Assembly: GCA_012729785.1 (NCBI GenBank)
Contig: JAAYCL010000014.1
Span: 25,964 to 89,963 of the forward strand
Source of the DNA: Chlamydiota bacterium
GTDB taxonomy: Bacteria; Auribacterota; Tritonobacteria; UBA1439
Direction: 5' to 3'
Length of the DNA: 64,000 nucleotides
In this document: piece after piece, positions 47,082 to 57,440 of the stretch
Position numbering within the stretch: position 1 is the stretch's first letter
Layout: each line of letters opens with the position of its first letter
The notes under the pieces: generated by a model
Seen by the model: only the letters and a program-made list of their open reading frames with translations
Database searches by the model: none
What the model was told of the DNA's origin: nothing
Position numbers and translations under genes: made by a program

Positions 47082-48071
47082 CTACGGTTTGGGCGCCGCC
47101 TCGGGCTTCAATCCGAGGTAGATGAGCGTCCCGGAGACGCACCAGACCACGAACGGGATGGAAAGGATCGAGAGGCGGATGATGAGCGTGAATGCGCCCC
47201 AGATGAAACCGGCGAACGAGTAGGTCCACCGCAACGTATCCTGCGGCGCCGCGTACAATCCCCGCCCCACGAGCCCGGCAGGGGGGCTGCAGCACTCGGG
47301 GAGGGAGAAGAACCCGGCCGCGCAGTCGAACGCCCTGTTGAACGCCGGCGGCACGGAGGAGACGATCCGCGTGTACTGGGCGCCCATGGTCCGCGACGAG
47401 ATCATCGCGTCCACGGCGGTGACCGCGGAGAGGAAATGGACGATGATGATGAAGACGAGCGCGGTGGCGATCAGGTAGCCGATGAAACGCACGGTGTTGG
47501 CCCGGATGAAGTCGTTGAGCTCGCTGACCGGGCTCTCCTTGCCGACCATGATGATGGGGGGCAGGAGCAGGGTCCCGCAAAGGAGGATGATCCCCGCGGC
47601 GACGAGCAGGGCGCTCAAGAAGAAGAGCGGCAGCGCCAGGAACGGCCAGACGATCTCACCGAGGAAGGGGATGCGGCCGAACCAGCCGGCGATCGAGTGA
47701 CAGAGCACCATCAGGAGGATGATCAGGACGATCTTGAGCGGCGCGATGATCAGCGGCGTGGCGGATACCCGGACGGCGTGCAGCGCCCCTTTGAAATCGA
47801 CCGCCGGGAGCCCGGCGACCTCCGCCACGGTCACCTTCGCGATCGCACCCCAGGTGAAGAATAGTATGAAGAGCACCGCCACCCAGTTCAGGATTGCGAC
47901 GAGCGATTGGAGCTGGCCGCGCAGGACGAAACCGCCGAGGAGGTTCATGATGACAAGGGAGGCCGCCACGGCGCAGACCATCCCGCCGATCTGCAAGGCG
48001 ATCTTCTTCCCGCTGAACGAGAGGCTGAAGATCCTCGAGAAGGTTTTCATTCCCGTCTGCAACGCATCCAT
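47082..48071 (-). CDS. multi-pass integral membrane protein
   Basis: Around 8 predicted TM helices; start moved to the internal ATG (MDALQTGMKTF). Confidence 0.55.
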   Translation of the reverse strand: MDALQTGMKTFSRIFSLSFSGKKIALQIGGMVCAVAASLVIMNLLGGFVLRGQLQSLVAILNWVAVLFILFFTWGAIAKVTVAEVAGLPAVDFKGALHAVRVSATPLIIAPLKIVLIILLMVLCHSIAGWFGRIPFLGEIVWPFLALPLFFLSALLVAAGIILLCGTLLLPPIIMVGKESPVSELNDFIRANTVRFIGYLIATALVFIIIVHFLSAVTAVDAMISSRTMGAQYTRIVSSVPPAFNRAFDCAAGFFSLPECCSPPAGLVGRGLYAAPQDTLRWTYSFAGFIWGAFTLIIRLSILSIPFVVWCVSGTLIYLGLKPEAAPKP

Positions 48072-48236
48072 GGCCGATCCCTCCCTGCGTAGGCGCGCCA
48101 TTCCGCACCATGCGGCCACATCGTACCGCAGCACCGATGCGCTGTCAAGCCCCCAAAACAGCCCCCAACACACCGGAACCGGTTGCGCGGCCCGTGCCTG
48201 CGTGGTACACTTACCCCCGATACCGGAGCGGTTTCT

Positions 48237-48404
48237 ATGGCCCTGACACGATACCTGTGGCGTGCGGGTGCGGTGCTGTGCATCGCCGCCCTGGCGGCGC
48301 TCCTCGCGGGGTGCGCGACCCCCGAGGGCGGCTCCTCCATCCCATGGGCCAGGCCCGAGCCGTGGGAGAACCAGCCGAACCTGATGCCCGGCGTGCGGTT
48401 CTGA
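48237..48404 (+). CDS. small lipoprotein
   Basis: MALTRYLWRAGAVLCIAALAALLAGC is a lipobox. Confidence 0.35.
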   Translation: MALTRYLWRAGAVLCIAALAALLAGCATPEGGSSIPWARPEPWENQPNLMPGVRF

Positions 48405-48416
48405 CGCGGGCGCTGC

Positions 48417-49649
48417 GTGGGTATGCCTTCATTTCCCGTGAACGGCGGTCACCCGACGGCGGGGCTCGTCCCCGCTGCGCGTCCCTCCGCGGGGAGGCGG
48501 CGGCACGCCGCCGCCCGCCACGCGCTCCTCTTCTGCGCCTTCGCCGCCTGCGCCTCCGCCTCCCCCCGTCTCCGCCCGCGGCCGCCGGAGCGCCCCCGCG
48601 AGATGCGCGGGATTTGGGCGGAGTGCGAGGGCGCCAACGCCACGCTCTCCAGCCGCGCCAGGATCGAGGAGATGTTCCGGCGTCTGGAGGAGGCGGGCGT
48701 CAACACGGTGTTCCTGCAGGTCTACCGCGGGGACAAGGCGTGGTACCGTTCCGGGATCGCGGACGCGGGGCCGTACGACGCCTTTTATTCCCGGGAGAAG
48801 GCCTGCCCCCTGCGCCTGGCGATCGACATGGCGCACGCGCGGGGGATGCAGCTCCACGCATGGGTGAACGTGTTCAGGGTCTGGGGAGGACGGGACGCAA
48901 AGACGATACAGGCGCTCGGGAAGGGGGCGATGACCCGCGACCGGTCGGGGAAATCGATACTCGACTACCCCCGGCACGCGCTCCCCGACGGCGGCTACTG
49001 GCTCGATCCGGGCGACCCGGTCGCGCGCAGGCATCTCCTGCGCGTTGTGCGGGAGCTGCTGGAGCGATACCCGGACCTCGACGGCATCCACCTCGACTAC
49101 GCGCGGTACCCGTTCGACGAGAAGGGGAAGACGGATTTCGGCTACGGGTCCGCAAGCGTGGCGGCGTTCAAGAAAGCCGCCGGCGCCGCCCCGAGTCGGC
49201 GTACGGCGGCGGCGCGGGCGCGCTGGGACGGGTGGCGGCGGGACCAGGTGACGCTGTTCGTCGGGGGGGCGAAGCGTCTGACGGGAAAACGGGGGAAGGC
49301 GCTCTCCGTGGCGGTCGTCGCCGACGAGAAGAAGTGCCGCGAGAGCACCTTCCAGGATTGGCGCCGCTGGCTCGGCGAGGGGCTCGTCGACTTCGTCGTG
49401 CCGATGAACTACAGCGCGGACCGGGCGCTGGTCCGCGCGCGCGCGGAGAAGGCGCTCTCGGCGGCCGGAGCGGGGAAGAGGGTCGCCGTCGGGCTCGGGG
49501 CCTACAAGGTGCTGGATTCCCCCGCGGCGCTCGCGGCGCAGGTCGGGGACTGTAGAAGGCTGGGGGCGCTCGGCGTGGTTCTTTTCTCCTACGACAACCT
49601 GGCCAAACGCCCGGGGCTGTTCGGGTATCTCGGGAGGAAGGTCTTTTAA
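48417..49649 (+). CDS. glycoside hydrolase-like family 10 (GHL10/DUF187) protein, secreted
   Basis: TIM-barrel GHL10 motifs (VNTVFLQV, HAWVNVF, DGIHLDYARYP). Hydrophobic signal region LLFCAFAACASAS. Confidence 0.65.
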   Translation: MGMPSFPVNGGHPTAGLVPAARPSAGRRRHAAARHALLFCAFAACASASPRLRPRPPERPREMRGIWAECEGANATLSSRARIEEMFRRLEEAGVNTVFLQVYRGDKAWYRSGIADAGPYDAFYSREKACPLRLAIDMAHARGMQLHAWVNVFRVWGGRDAKTIQALGKGAMTRDRSGKSILDYPRHALPDGGYWLDPGDPVARRHLLRVVRELLERYPDLDGIHLDYARYPFDEKGKTDFGYGSASVAAFKKAAGAAPSRRTAAARARWDGWRRDQVTLFVGGAKRLTGKRGKALSVAVVADEKKCRESTFQDWRRWLGEGLVDFVVPMNYSADRALVRARAEKALSAAGAGKRVAVGLGAYKVLDSPAALAAQVGDCRRLGALGVVLFSYDNLAKRPGLFGYLGRKVF

Positions 49650-49700
49650 CCGGCGCCCGGGCGGCGGCCCGGGCGCCATGCAACCCGCACGGGAGGAGCG

Positions 49701-50294
49701 ATGATGAACGATACTCTGGAACGCAAAAACCTTTTCGGGGCCTACCTGCTGATCGCGGCGGTCGTGCTGGGGTTATTCCTGGTGTTACGGCAGATCGCCG
49801 TTTTCCAGCAGGCGCGGGTGAATGCCTCGATGCAGAAGGCGGCGCACAAGGCCGCCCCGATACCGCTTTCCACGACGCCGAAGCCGGCGATCAAGAAGAT
49901 CGTCGAGACGGAGCGCCAGATCGAAGACCAGGACATTCTGGAGGCGTACGAGAAGGAGGAACGCCGGCCGGGCCTGCTGCAGCTGTTCAGCGTAGGAGAG
50001 CGGTTGCTTCAGAAGAAGGTCGAGGGGGTCGAGTACGTGAAGGCGGTTCTTTTCAGGACGCAGGCCGGGACCGGGAGGATCCTCGCCGATGTCGCCCTGC
50101 ACAACGACTCCGCGGTCCCCGTCACCCCGCGGTTCCAGCTGATGCTCTTCAACGCCAAGGGCAGGTTCCTGTGCCGGGACACGATCCTCTACATCACGGA
50201 GGATCTTGCCCCCGGGGAGAAGAAGATCGAGACGATGAGTCTCCCCCGGGCTCCCCGGGATGTCGCGTTCTACGAGATTCGGCAGCTCGATTGA
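49701..50294 (+). CDS. hypothetical membrane-anchored protein
   Basis: N-terminal TM LFGAYLLIAAVVLGLFLVL, then a soluble domain. Confidence 0.5.
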   Translation: MMNDTLERKNLFGAYLLIAAVVLGLFLVLRQIAVFQQARVNASMQKAAHKAAPIPLSTTPKPAIKKIVETERQIEDQDILEAYEKEERRPGLLQLFSVGERLLQKKVEGVEYVKAVLFRTQAGTGRILADVALHNDSAVPVTPRFQLMLFNAKGRFLCRDTILYITEDLAPGEKKIETMSLPRAPRDVAFYEIRQLD

Positions 50295-50310
50295 GATTCG
50301 GAGCGATCCG

Positions 50311-50850
50311 ATGGGCGCGGCAAGGGAGAAGGGGCCGGTCGCGCGCGTCGCCGCGCTGCTGTGTGCCGCGGGCGAGGACCCGCAGCTGTTCCTCGACGCC
50401 CTCGCCGGACTGTGGGGCGCCCCCGGACTCGTGGGCGCGCCGATACAGTTCGGTTTCACCGACTTCTATGAAAACGAGATGGGCCCCGATCTCGTCCGGC
50501 GCTTCGTCCTCTTCAGGGATCCCGCCCCGGCGGACGGCCTCCGGGACTGGAAGATCGAGGCCAACGCGCTGGAGGGGCGGTTCGCATCCGGGGGCAGACG
50601 GCGCCTGAACGCGGATCCCGGCTACCTGGATCCGGGCGCCGTCGTGGTGGCCTCCGTGAAGGACGCGGCCTCCCGGGTCTATCTCGGGAAGGGGATCTAC
50701 GCGCAGCCGATGCTGCGCTTTGAGGCGGGAAGCTTCCGGGCGTGGCCCTGGACGTACCCCGACTACGCCTCGCCGGAGGCGATACGGTTCTTCAATGCGG
50801 CGCGGGCCGCATGCCGCGATATGTTTCGTCAGCCGGTGCGCGGTCGATAG
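50311..50850 (+). CDS. hypothetical protein (DUF4416-like)
   Basis: 180 aa; family assignment is tentative and from memory only. Confidence 0.4.
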   Translation: MGAAREKGPVARVAALLCAAGEDPQLFLDALAGLWGAPGLVGAPIQFGFTDFYENEMGPDLVRRFVLFRDPAPADGLRDWKIEANALEGRFASGGRRRLNADPGYLDPGAVVVASVKDAASRVYLGKGIYAQPMLRFEAGSFRAWPWTYPDYASPEAIRFFNAARAACRDMFRQPVRGR

Positions 50851-51020
50851 TCGATACCCGGCCGCCGAGGTTCGATGCGGCGGCGGTGCACGGACCCGAG
50901 CATCGAATGCGGTTGACTTGCCCCCGGCCCATTGCTAGTATCGGTTCCCCACCGGGGGGCTATCCTTCCGTGACGACGAGGTTCGGCGGCTCGACAAGGC
51001 GCGACAGGAAACAGACCGCG

Positions 51021-51854
51021 GTGCGCCCCCTGAACGATTCGTTTCTCCGGGAGCTCGAGGAGCGGGCGCGTACCATCCGCATGAACATCATCAGGATGAT
51101 CGCCCGGGCGGGGTCAGGGCACCCCGGCGGCTCCTTGTCGATCGCGGACATCCTCACGGCGCTCTATTTCACCCAAATGCGCCATCGCCCGAAGGAACCG
51201 CGTTGGGCGGACCGCGACCGGTGCATCCTCTCCAAGGGGCACGCGGCCCCGGCCCTCTACGCCGTCCTGGGCGAGTGCGGCTACTTTCCGAAGGGGGAGT
51301 TCCTCAAGCTGCGGAGATTCGGCGCGATGCTCCAGGGGCACCCGGACGCCACGCGCGTCCCCGGCGTCGAGACCTCGACCGGCTCCCTCGGCCAGGGGAT
51401 CTCCGTCGGGGTGGGGATGGCGCTCGCGGGGAGGATCGACGGCAGGGGCTACCGGGTCTATGTCGTCCTCGGCGACGGGGAGATCGAGGAGGGCGAGGTC
51501 TGGGAGGCCGCGATGGCCGCCGCGCACTACCGGCTCGACCGGCTGTGCGCGATCGTGGACTTCAACGGCCTCCAGATCGACGGGAGGGTGCAGGACACGA
51601 TGAACCCCGAGCCGATCGCGGCGAAGTGGGAGGCGTTCGGCTGGGCGGCGCGCGAGATCGACGGACACGATTTCAGGCAGATCATCGCCGCGCTCGACTG
51701 GGCCGCGGAACCGAAGAAGAAGCCGTCCGCCATCATCGCCAGGACCGTGAAGGGCAAGGGGGTTTCGTTCATGGAGGCCCAGGTCAACTGGCACGGCGTG
51801 GCGCCAACGGCCGAGGAGTCGAAGCGGGCGCTCGCCGAACTGGGAGAGGCGTAA
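51021..51854 (+). CDS. transketolase, N-terminal (TPP-binding) subunit
   Basis: GTG start. SGHPGGSLS, GSLGQGISVGVGMA and GDGEIEEG motifs of the thiamine-pyrophosphate-binding half of split transketolase. Confidence 0.8.
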   Translation: MRPLNDSFLRELEERARTIRMNIIRMIARAGSGHPGGSLSIADILTALYFTQMRHRPKEPRWADRDRCILSKGHAAPALYAVLGECGYFPKGEFLKLRRFGAMLQGHPDATRVPGVETSTGSLGQGISVGVGMALAGRIDGRGYRVYVVLGDGEIEEGEVWEAAMAAAHYRLDRLCAIVDFNGLQIDGRVQDTMNPEPIAAKWEAFGWAAREIDGHDFRQIIAALDWAAEPKKKPSAIIARTVKGKGVSFMEAQVNWHGVAPTAEESKRALAELGEA

Positions 51855-51858
51855 GGCG

Positions 51859-52803
51859 ATGGGGGCTGCACGGGCGATACGGGACGGGTACGGCGAGGCG
51901 CTCCTCGAGCTCGGGAGGAGCAACGGGAACGTCGTCGTGCTCGACGCGGATCTCGCCGAGTCGACGCGTTCGTCCGTCTTCAGGAAAGAGTTTCCCGAGC
52001 GCTTCTTCAACGCGGGCATCGCCGAGCAGAACATGGTCAACATGGCCGTCGGGCTCGCCCTCTCCGGGAAGACGGTCTTCGCGTCGAGCTTCGCCATCTT
52101 CGCCACCGGCCGCTGCTGGGAGCAGCTCAGGAACTCGGTCGCGGCCACGAGGGCCAACGTGAAGATCGTCGCGAGCCACGGCGGGCTGACCGTCGGGCCC
52201 GACGGCCTCTCGCACCAGTGCGTCGAGGACATCTCCCTAATGCGTACCATCCCGCACTTCGCCGTCATCGTGCCGTGCGACTGGGTGGAGGCGAAGAAGG
52301 CGGTGCTCGCCGCGGCCCGGATCCCGGGGCCCGTCTACATCCGGACGGCGCGGCCCAAGACTGCGCAGGTCACGAGCGAGGAGACGCCGTTCGTTATCGG
52401 CAAGTCCGTGCGCCTGCGCGACGGCGAAGACGTGACTTTGGTCGCCTGCGGCCTGATGGTCCTCGCGGCGATCGAGGCCGCCGAGGCCCTCGCGGCCGAG
52501 GGGATCCGGGCGGCGGTCGTCGACATGCACACGATCAAGCCCCTGGACGCGAAGGCGGTCGTCGCCGCGGCCAGGGAGACCGGCGCGCTCGTCACCGCGG
52601 AGGAGCACACCCTGCTCGGCGGACTCGGCAGCGCCGTCGCGGAGACGACGGCGGCGCAGTATCCGGTCCCGGTCGAGATGGTCGGGATCCGCGACCGGTT
52701 CGGCCAGTCCGGCGAACCCGACGAGCTGCTCCGGAGATACGGGCTCACCCCCGGCGATATCTGCAAGGCAGCCAAGAGGGCGATGGGAAGGAAACGGGGC
52801 TGA
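51859..52803 (+). CDS. transketolase, C-terminal subunit
   Basis: Pyr/C-terminal domains (FFNAGIAEQNMV, SHGGLTVGPDGLSHQ). Confidence 0.85.
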   Translation: MGAARAIRDGYGEALLELGRSNGNVVVLDADLAESTRSSVFRKEFPERFFNAGIAEQNMVNMAVGLALSGKTVFASSFAIFATGRCWEQLRNSVAATRANVKIVASHGGLTVGPDGLSHQCVEDISLMRTIPHFAVIVPCDWVEAKKAVLAAARIPGPVYIRTARPKTAQVTSEETPFVIGKSVRLRDGEDVTLVACGLMVLAAIEAAEALAAEGIRAAVVDMHTIKPLDAKAVVAAARETGALVTAEEHTLLGGLGSAVAETTAAQYPVPVEMVGIRDRFGQSGEPDELLRRYGLTPGDICKAAKRAMGRKRG

Positions 52804-52849
52804 GGCGCCCCGTCTTTCGCCGCCCGCGTCAACCCAGGACACCGCGACG

Positions 52850-54151
52850 ATGAGATATTCTTCGACCCGCTTCCCGCTGTACTGTCTGCTGCTCATGTTG
52901 GCCGCATCGGTCGTCCTGTCCCGGCCCGCCGCCCCGGCGGGGGGCGCAGCGGAGAAGGACGGGGACGTCTACCGGAGCCTCGACATCCTCTGCGACGTCA
53001 TCACGATCATCCAGCGCGACTACATAGAGAAGCTGGGCACCGAGCGGCTGATGCAGGACGCGCTCCGGGGGATGCTCGCCTCGCTCGACAGCTACAGCAC
53101 CTACCTGCCGGCCCCGGCCCCCCGGGCGACCCCCGGCCCCCCGGCGGGGGAGCCCGGCACCTATGGGCTCGAGGTGGCGTACAAGAACAGGCTGCTCACG
53201 GTGGTTTCCCCCGTGGAGAACGGGCCGGCCTGGAAGGCCGGCCTGAAGAGCGGCGACCTGATCATCAAGATCGGGGAGGAGCCCGTCGACGATCGCCCGC
53301 TCGCCGAACTGCTCCAGCTCTTCCGCGGCGCCGCCGCGGGGGAGCTGCGCCTGCAGGTGGCGCGGCGGGGGGAGCGCGAGTTCCTTGATTTCACCCTCGC
53401 CCCCGGGAAGGTGGAGGGGCCGGCGGCGCGGACGGAGATGCCGGAAGACAAGATCGCCCTGCTGAGGATCGCGCGCTTCGACCGGGGAACGCCCGCGCGG
53501 GTCGCCGAGTGCCTTGCCGCCCTGAAGGAGCGCGGCGCCGACGGCACGGTCCTCGACCTCAGGGACTGCCCCGCGGGGGAGATAGAGGCAGCCATCGAGG
53601 TCGCCGGGCACTTCATTTCGGAGGGTGGGCTCGTGGCGACGCTCGCGGCCCGGTCGGATGAGGCGCGGAAGGAGTTCGTCTCGTCCGGCGCACAGCCGTC
53701 GGCCGAGGGCCCGGTGGTAATCCTCGTCAACGGAGGGACGAGCGGCGCGGCGGAGGTGCTCGCGGGCGCGCTGCAGGCGGAAGGGCGGGGCGTGTTGATG
53801 GGGCAGAAGAGTTTCGGCTGCGCCTTCGAGGAGGGGACGTTCACGCTCAAGGACGGTTCGGTGATCACGCTTTTGACCGCCGTCTACCGGACGCCGGCCG
53901 GCGCCGAGATACAGGACAAGGGGCTCACCCCGGACATAGAGGTCGTATCCGAGACGGCGGAGACGGAGGCGGGGGAGGGGGAGGGGGGGGAAGGGGAGGG
54001 GGAGGAGTTCGAGATCCCCGACGAAAAGGGCGAGAAGGGGCTGAAGGGCGTGAAGGCTCCGAAGGGTGAGCAGGAAACGGACCCGGTGGTGCAGCGCGCG
54101 ATCGACCTCATCAAGGGGATGCGCATAATGAAGAGCAAGGAGGGGAACTAG
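52850..54151 (+). CDS. S41 carboxyl-terminal processing peptidase
   Basis: Signal peptide, PDZ and S41 domains (VILVNGGTSGAAEVLAGAL). Acidic Gly/Glu repeat near the C-terminus. Confidence 0.85.
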   Translation: MRYSSTRFPLYCLLLMLAASVVLSRPAAPAGGAAEKDGDVYRSLDILCDVITIIQRDYIEKLGTERLMQDALRGMLASLDSYSTYLPAPAPRATPGPPAGEPGTYGLEVAYKNRLLTVVSPVENGPAWKAGLKSGDLIIKIGEEPVDDRPLAELLQLFRGAAAGELRLQVARRGEREFLDFTLAPGKVEGPAARTEMPEDKIALLRIARFDRGTPARVAECLAALKERGADGTVLDLRDCPAGEIEAAIEVAGHFISEGGLVATLAARSDEARKEFVSSGAQPSAEGPVVILVNGGTSGAAEVLAGALQAEGRGVLMGQKSFGCAFEEGTFTLKDGSVITLLTAVYRTPAGAEIQDKGLTPDIEVVSETAETEAGEGEGGEGEGEEFEIPDEKGEKGLKGVKAPKGEQETDPVVQRAIDLIKGMRIMKSKEGN

Positions 54152-54153
54152 TC

Positions 54154-55476
54154 GTGCGCAGGCGCAGCCCCTTCCCCGTCGCGGCCTCGTGCCTTGCGGC
54201 CTGCTGCCTCGTCACGGCCCTCTGCGCGGCGTTGGGCCGGGCCGCGGACAGACAGTTGCGGTCGGGCCTCGACATCTTCGTCTCCGGGATGGATATCGTC
54301 TCGAGGCACTACTACCGCGAGGTGGAGGACCGCGATCTCGCCTACGGCGCCCTCAAGGGGATGTGCAGCGCCCTCGATCCCCACAGCCAGTTCATGGACG
54401 AGGAGATCTACCGCGAGATGAAGGTCGAGACCGAGGGTGCGTTCGGCGGCCTCGGCATCGAGATCACCATCCGGGACAAGTTCCTCACCGTGGTCGCGCC
54501 GATCGAGGACACCCCCGCATTCAAGGCGGGGCTCAGGGCGGGCGACCGCATCGTGGAGATCGAGGGGGTCTCGACGAAGGACCTGAGCCTCGTGGAGGCG
54601 GTCCGCACCCTCCGCGGCACCCCCGGGACCGTCGCGCGGATTACGGTGATGCGGCCGAGCACCGGCGCGATGCTGCCGTTCGCCATCACCCGCGCAAACA
54701 TCCAGATCCAGAGCGTCAAGGACGCCGGGCTCGTCAGGAGCCGGATCGGCTACATCCGCCTCACCCAGTTCCAGGAGCACACCGGGAGCGATTTCGACAA
54801 GGCGCTGCGGGCGCTCGCGGCCGAGGGGATGGAGGGGCTCATCCTCGACCTCCGCAACAATCCCGGGGGCCTTCTCCAGGTCGCCATCGAGATCGCCGAC
54901 AAGTTCATCGGCGGGGAGCGGCTGCTCGTGTACACGAAGGGCAGGATCCGGACACAGAACATCGAGTTCAAATCGCACGGCAAGGCGGCCTTTCCGGACC
55001 TGCCGATGGTCATCCTCGTGAACAAGGGGAGCGCCAGCGGGTCGGAGATCGTCGCCGGGGCGCTGCAGGACTGGGGCCGCGGCATCATCCTCGGCGAGCC
55101 GACGTTCGGCAAAGGGTCGGTGCAGAGCGTGCTCCCGCTCCCCGATGGCTCCGCCCTGCGCCTGACCACCGCGCACTACTTCACCCCCAAGGGCCGGGTG
55201 ATCCAGAAGGTCGGGGTCCAGCCCGATATCCGGGTCGAGATGACGGACGAACAGGAGATCAAGGTGCTCATGCGGCGCAGGCTGGAGAGGATGATCAAGG
55301 AGAGCCCGGAGGGGACCGACCTCGCCACGGAGAAGGCGGAGCTGAAGAAGCTCGGGGAGGCGGCGGACGTGCAGCTGGAGCGGGCGCTCGACCTCCTACA
55401 GGGGATCCTCGCCGTCCGGAAACCGCTCGGGGCCACCCCCGCCCCCGCCCCCGCGAAAACCCCCGCGGCGGGCTGA
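54154..55476 (+). CDS. S41 carboxyl-terminal processing peptidase (paralogue)
   Basis: GTG start 3 nt after the previous stop. VILVNKGSASGSEIVAGAL. Confidence 0.85.
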   Translation: MRRRSPFPVAASCLAACCLVTALCAALGRAADRQLRSGLDIFVSGMDIVSRHYYREVEDRDLAYGALKGMCSALDPHSQFMDEEIYREMKVETEGAFGGLGIEITIRDKFLTVVAPIEDTPAFKAGLRAGDRIVEIEGVSTKDLSLVEAVRTLRGTPGTVARITVMRPSTGAMLPFAITRANIQIQSVKDAGLVRSRIGYIRLTQFQEHTGSDFDKALRALAAEGMEGLILDLRNNPGGLLQVAIEIADKFIGGERLLVYTKGRIRTQNIEFKSHGKAAFPDLPMVILVNKGSASGSEIVAGALQDWGRGIILGEPTFGKGSVQSVLPLPDGSALRLTTAHYFTPKGRVIQKVGVQPDIRVEMTDEQEIKVLMRRRLERMIKESPEGTDLATEKAELKKLGEAADVQLERALDLLQGILAVRKPLGATPAPAPAKTPAAG

Positions 55477-55512
55477 TACCGTCCGGCTCATCCCCCGGCC
55501 GCGAGGTGCGCC

Positions 55513-56517
55513 GTGCTGATCCTCGGTATAGAGACGTCGTGCGACGAGACCGGCGTCGCGCTGGTCGACGCGCGAAGCGGCGCGATCGCCGCGGAGGCGG
55601 TGGCGTCGCAGGACGAACTGCACGCGCGCTACGCCGGGGTGGTCCCCGAGCTCGCCTCTCGCCGGCACCTCTGCACCCTCGCGCCGCTCACCGCGCGGGT
55701 GCTTCGGGAGGCGGGCGCCGCGGCACGCGATGTCGGCCTCGTCGCGGCGGCGCGCGGGCCCGGCCTCGCGGGCTGCCTCCTCGCGGGGGTGAGCTTCGCC
55801 AAGGGGTTCGCGTACGCCCTCGGGGCGCCGATCCTCGGGATCAACCACCTCGAGGCGCACCTGTACATGTGCGTGGCGGGCGGCGGGATCGACTTCCCGG
55901 CGGTCGCGCTCGTCGTCTCCGGGGGGCACACGATCCTCGCGATCGTGCCCGAGTGGGGCCGTTACGAGCTGCTGGGGCAGACCCGCGACGACGCGGTCGG
56001 GGAGGCCTACGACAAGGTGGCCTCGATGCTCGGGCTCCCGTACCCCGGCGGGCCCGCGATCGAAAGGCGCGCGCGCCGCGCCGCGAGGGCGGTGCGTTTC
56101 CCGCGGCCGCTGCTCAAGAGCGGCGACCTGGAGTTCAGTCTGAGCGGCCTGAAGACGGCGGTGCGCACCCGTCTCCGGTCGGGCGGGGCGGCGCCGCCCG
56201 GCGAAGAGGAGGTCGACGCGGTCGCGCGCGGGTTCCAGGAGGCGGTGATCGAGGTTTTGCGCCTGAAGACCGTCGAGGGGGCCCGCCGCGTGGGCGCCCG
56301 CACCGTGCTGCTCGCGGGGGGGGTCGCGCGCAACGAGGCGCTCCGGTCGGGGATCGAACGGGAGGCCGCGAGGCGGGGGGTGCGCGTGGTCGCCTCACCG
56401 CCGTCCCACTGCACCGACAACGGCGCGATGATCGCCTTGCTCGCGCGCCTGCAGTGGGCCGAGGGACGGCGGGACGGATCGGATCTCGATATAGACCCGG
56501 GCCTGCGGCTCTGCTAG
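55513..56517 (+). CDS. tsaD: tRNA N6-adenosine threonylcarbamoyltransferase TsaD
   Basis: MLILGIETSCDETGVAL..., metal-binding HxxxH region VSGGHT. Confidence 0.9.
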   Translation: MLILGIETSCDETGVALVDARSGAIAAEAVASQDELHARYAGVVPELASRRHLCTLAPLTARVLREAGAAARDVGLVAAARGPGLAGCLLAGVSFAKGFAYALGAPILGINHLEAHLYMCVAGGGIDFPAVALVVSGGHTILAIVPEWGRYELLGQTRDDAVGEAYDKVASMLGLPYPGGPAIERRARRAARAVRFPRPLLKSGDLEFSLSGLKTAVRTRLRSGGAAPPGEEEVDAVARGFQEAVIEVLRLKTVEGARRVGARTVLLAGGVARNEALRSGIEREAARRGVRVVASPPSHCTDNGAMIALLARLQWAEGRRDGSDLDIDPGLRLC

Positions 56518-56593
56518 GGGCCCGGCCGCCGGTCGTTGCGCAGCGGCGCGGCGCGGGACGCCGCGGCGCTTGGCCGCGGATGGAGGCGGGGAT

Positions 56594-57343
56594 ATGAATC
56601 CGGACAATCTGAAAAAACTCTTCTCGGATGTCGCGAAGGGGAAGATCTCCCCCGCGGCCGCCCTCAAGAGGGTCCGCCATCTGCCGTTCGAGGAGCTCGG
56701 CCACAGCACGGTGGACGGGCACCGGGCGATCAGGCAGGGGTACCCCGAGGTGATCTTCTGCCAGGGCAAGACCGTCGAGGAGATCGAGGAGATCGCCGCG
56801 CGGATCTGCGGGGCGGGGGACAACCTGCTCGCCACGCGCGCCTCCGAGGAGGCGTTCCGCCGCATCCACGCGCTGTTCCCGGACGCGGTCTACCACCGCC
56901 GCGCGCACGCGGTGACGGTCGAGCGGCGCCGTCTCACCAAGGCCCCCGGCTTCATCGCCGTGGTGAGCGCCGGCACCGCGGACGGCCCCGTGGCCGAGGA
57001 GGCGGCGGTCACCGCGGAGTCGATGGGCAACACCGTCCGCAGGTTCTACGACGTGGGCGTCGCGGGGCTGCACCGGCTGCTCCGCAAGCTGCCGGACCTC
57101 GCGCGCGCCCGGGTAATCGTGGTCGCCGCGGGGATGGAGGGGGCGCTGCCGAGCGTGGTGGGGGGGCTCGTGGGAAGGCCCGTCGTCGCGGTCCCGACGA
57201 GCGTTGGCTACGGCGCGAGTTTCGGCGGCATCGCGGCGCTGCTCGGGATGCTCAACAGCTGCGCGGCGGGCGTCACGGTGGTGAACATCGACAACGGTTT
57301 CGGAGCGGGCTACGCCGCCGCCCTGATCAACAAGACGAGGTAG
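56594..57343 (+). CDS. larB: nickel-pincer cofactor biosynthesis protein LarB (PurE-like carboxylase/hydrolase)
   Basis: PurE-like fold with GFIAVVSAGTADGPVAEEA and VVAAGMEGALPSVVGG motifs. Confidence 0.75.
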   Translation: MNPDNLKKLFSDVAKGKISPAAALKRVRHLPFEELGHSTVDGHRAIRQGYPEVIFCQGKTVEEIEEIAARICGAGDNLLATRASEEAFRRIHALFPDAVYHRRAHAVTVERRRLTKAPGFIAVVSAGTADGPVAEEAAVTAESMGNTVRRFYDVGVAGLHRLLRKLPDLARARVIVVAAGMEGALPSVVGGLVGRPVVAVPTSVGYGASFGGIAALLGMLNSCAAGVTVVNIDNGFGAGYAAALINKTR

Positions 57344-57440
57344 GGGCTTCCGGCCGCAGATCGACACGGCTGCGCGCGGACGCGGAGGGACGATGGGTGA
57401 TCCGCGAAGATCCGCGGCATTGCGGACGGTGAAGGGCGAT

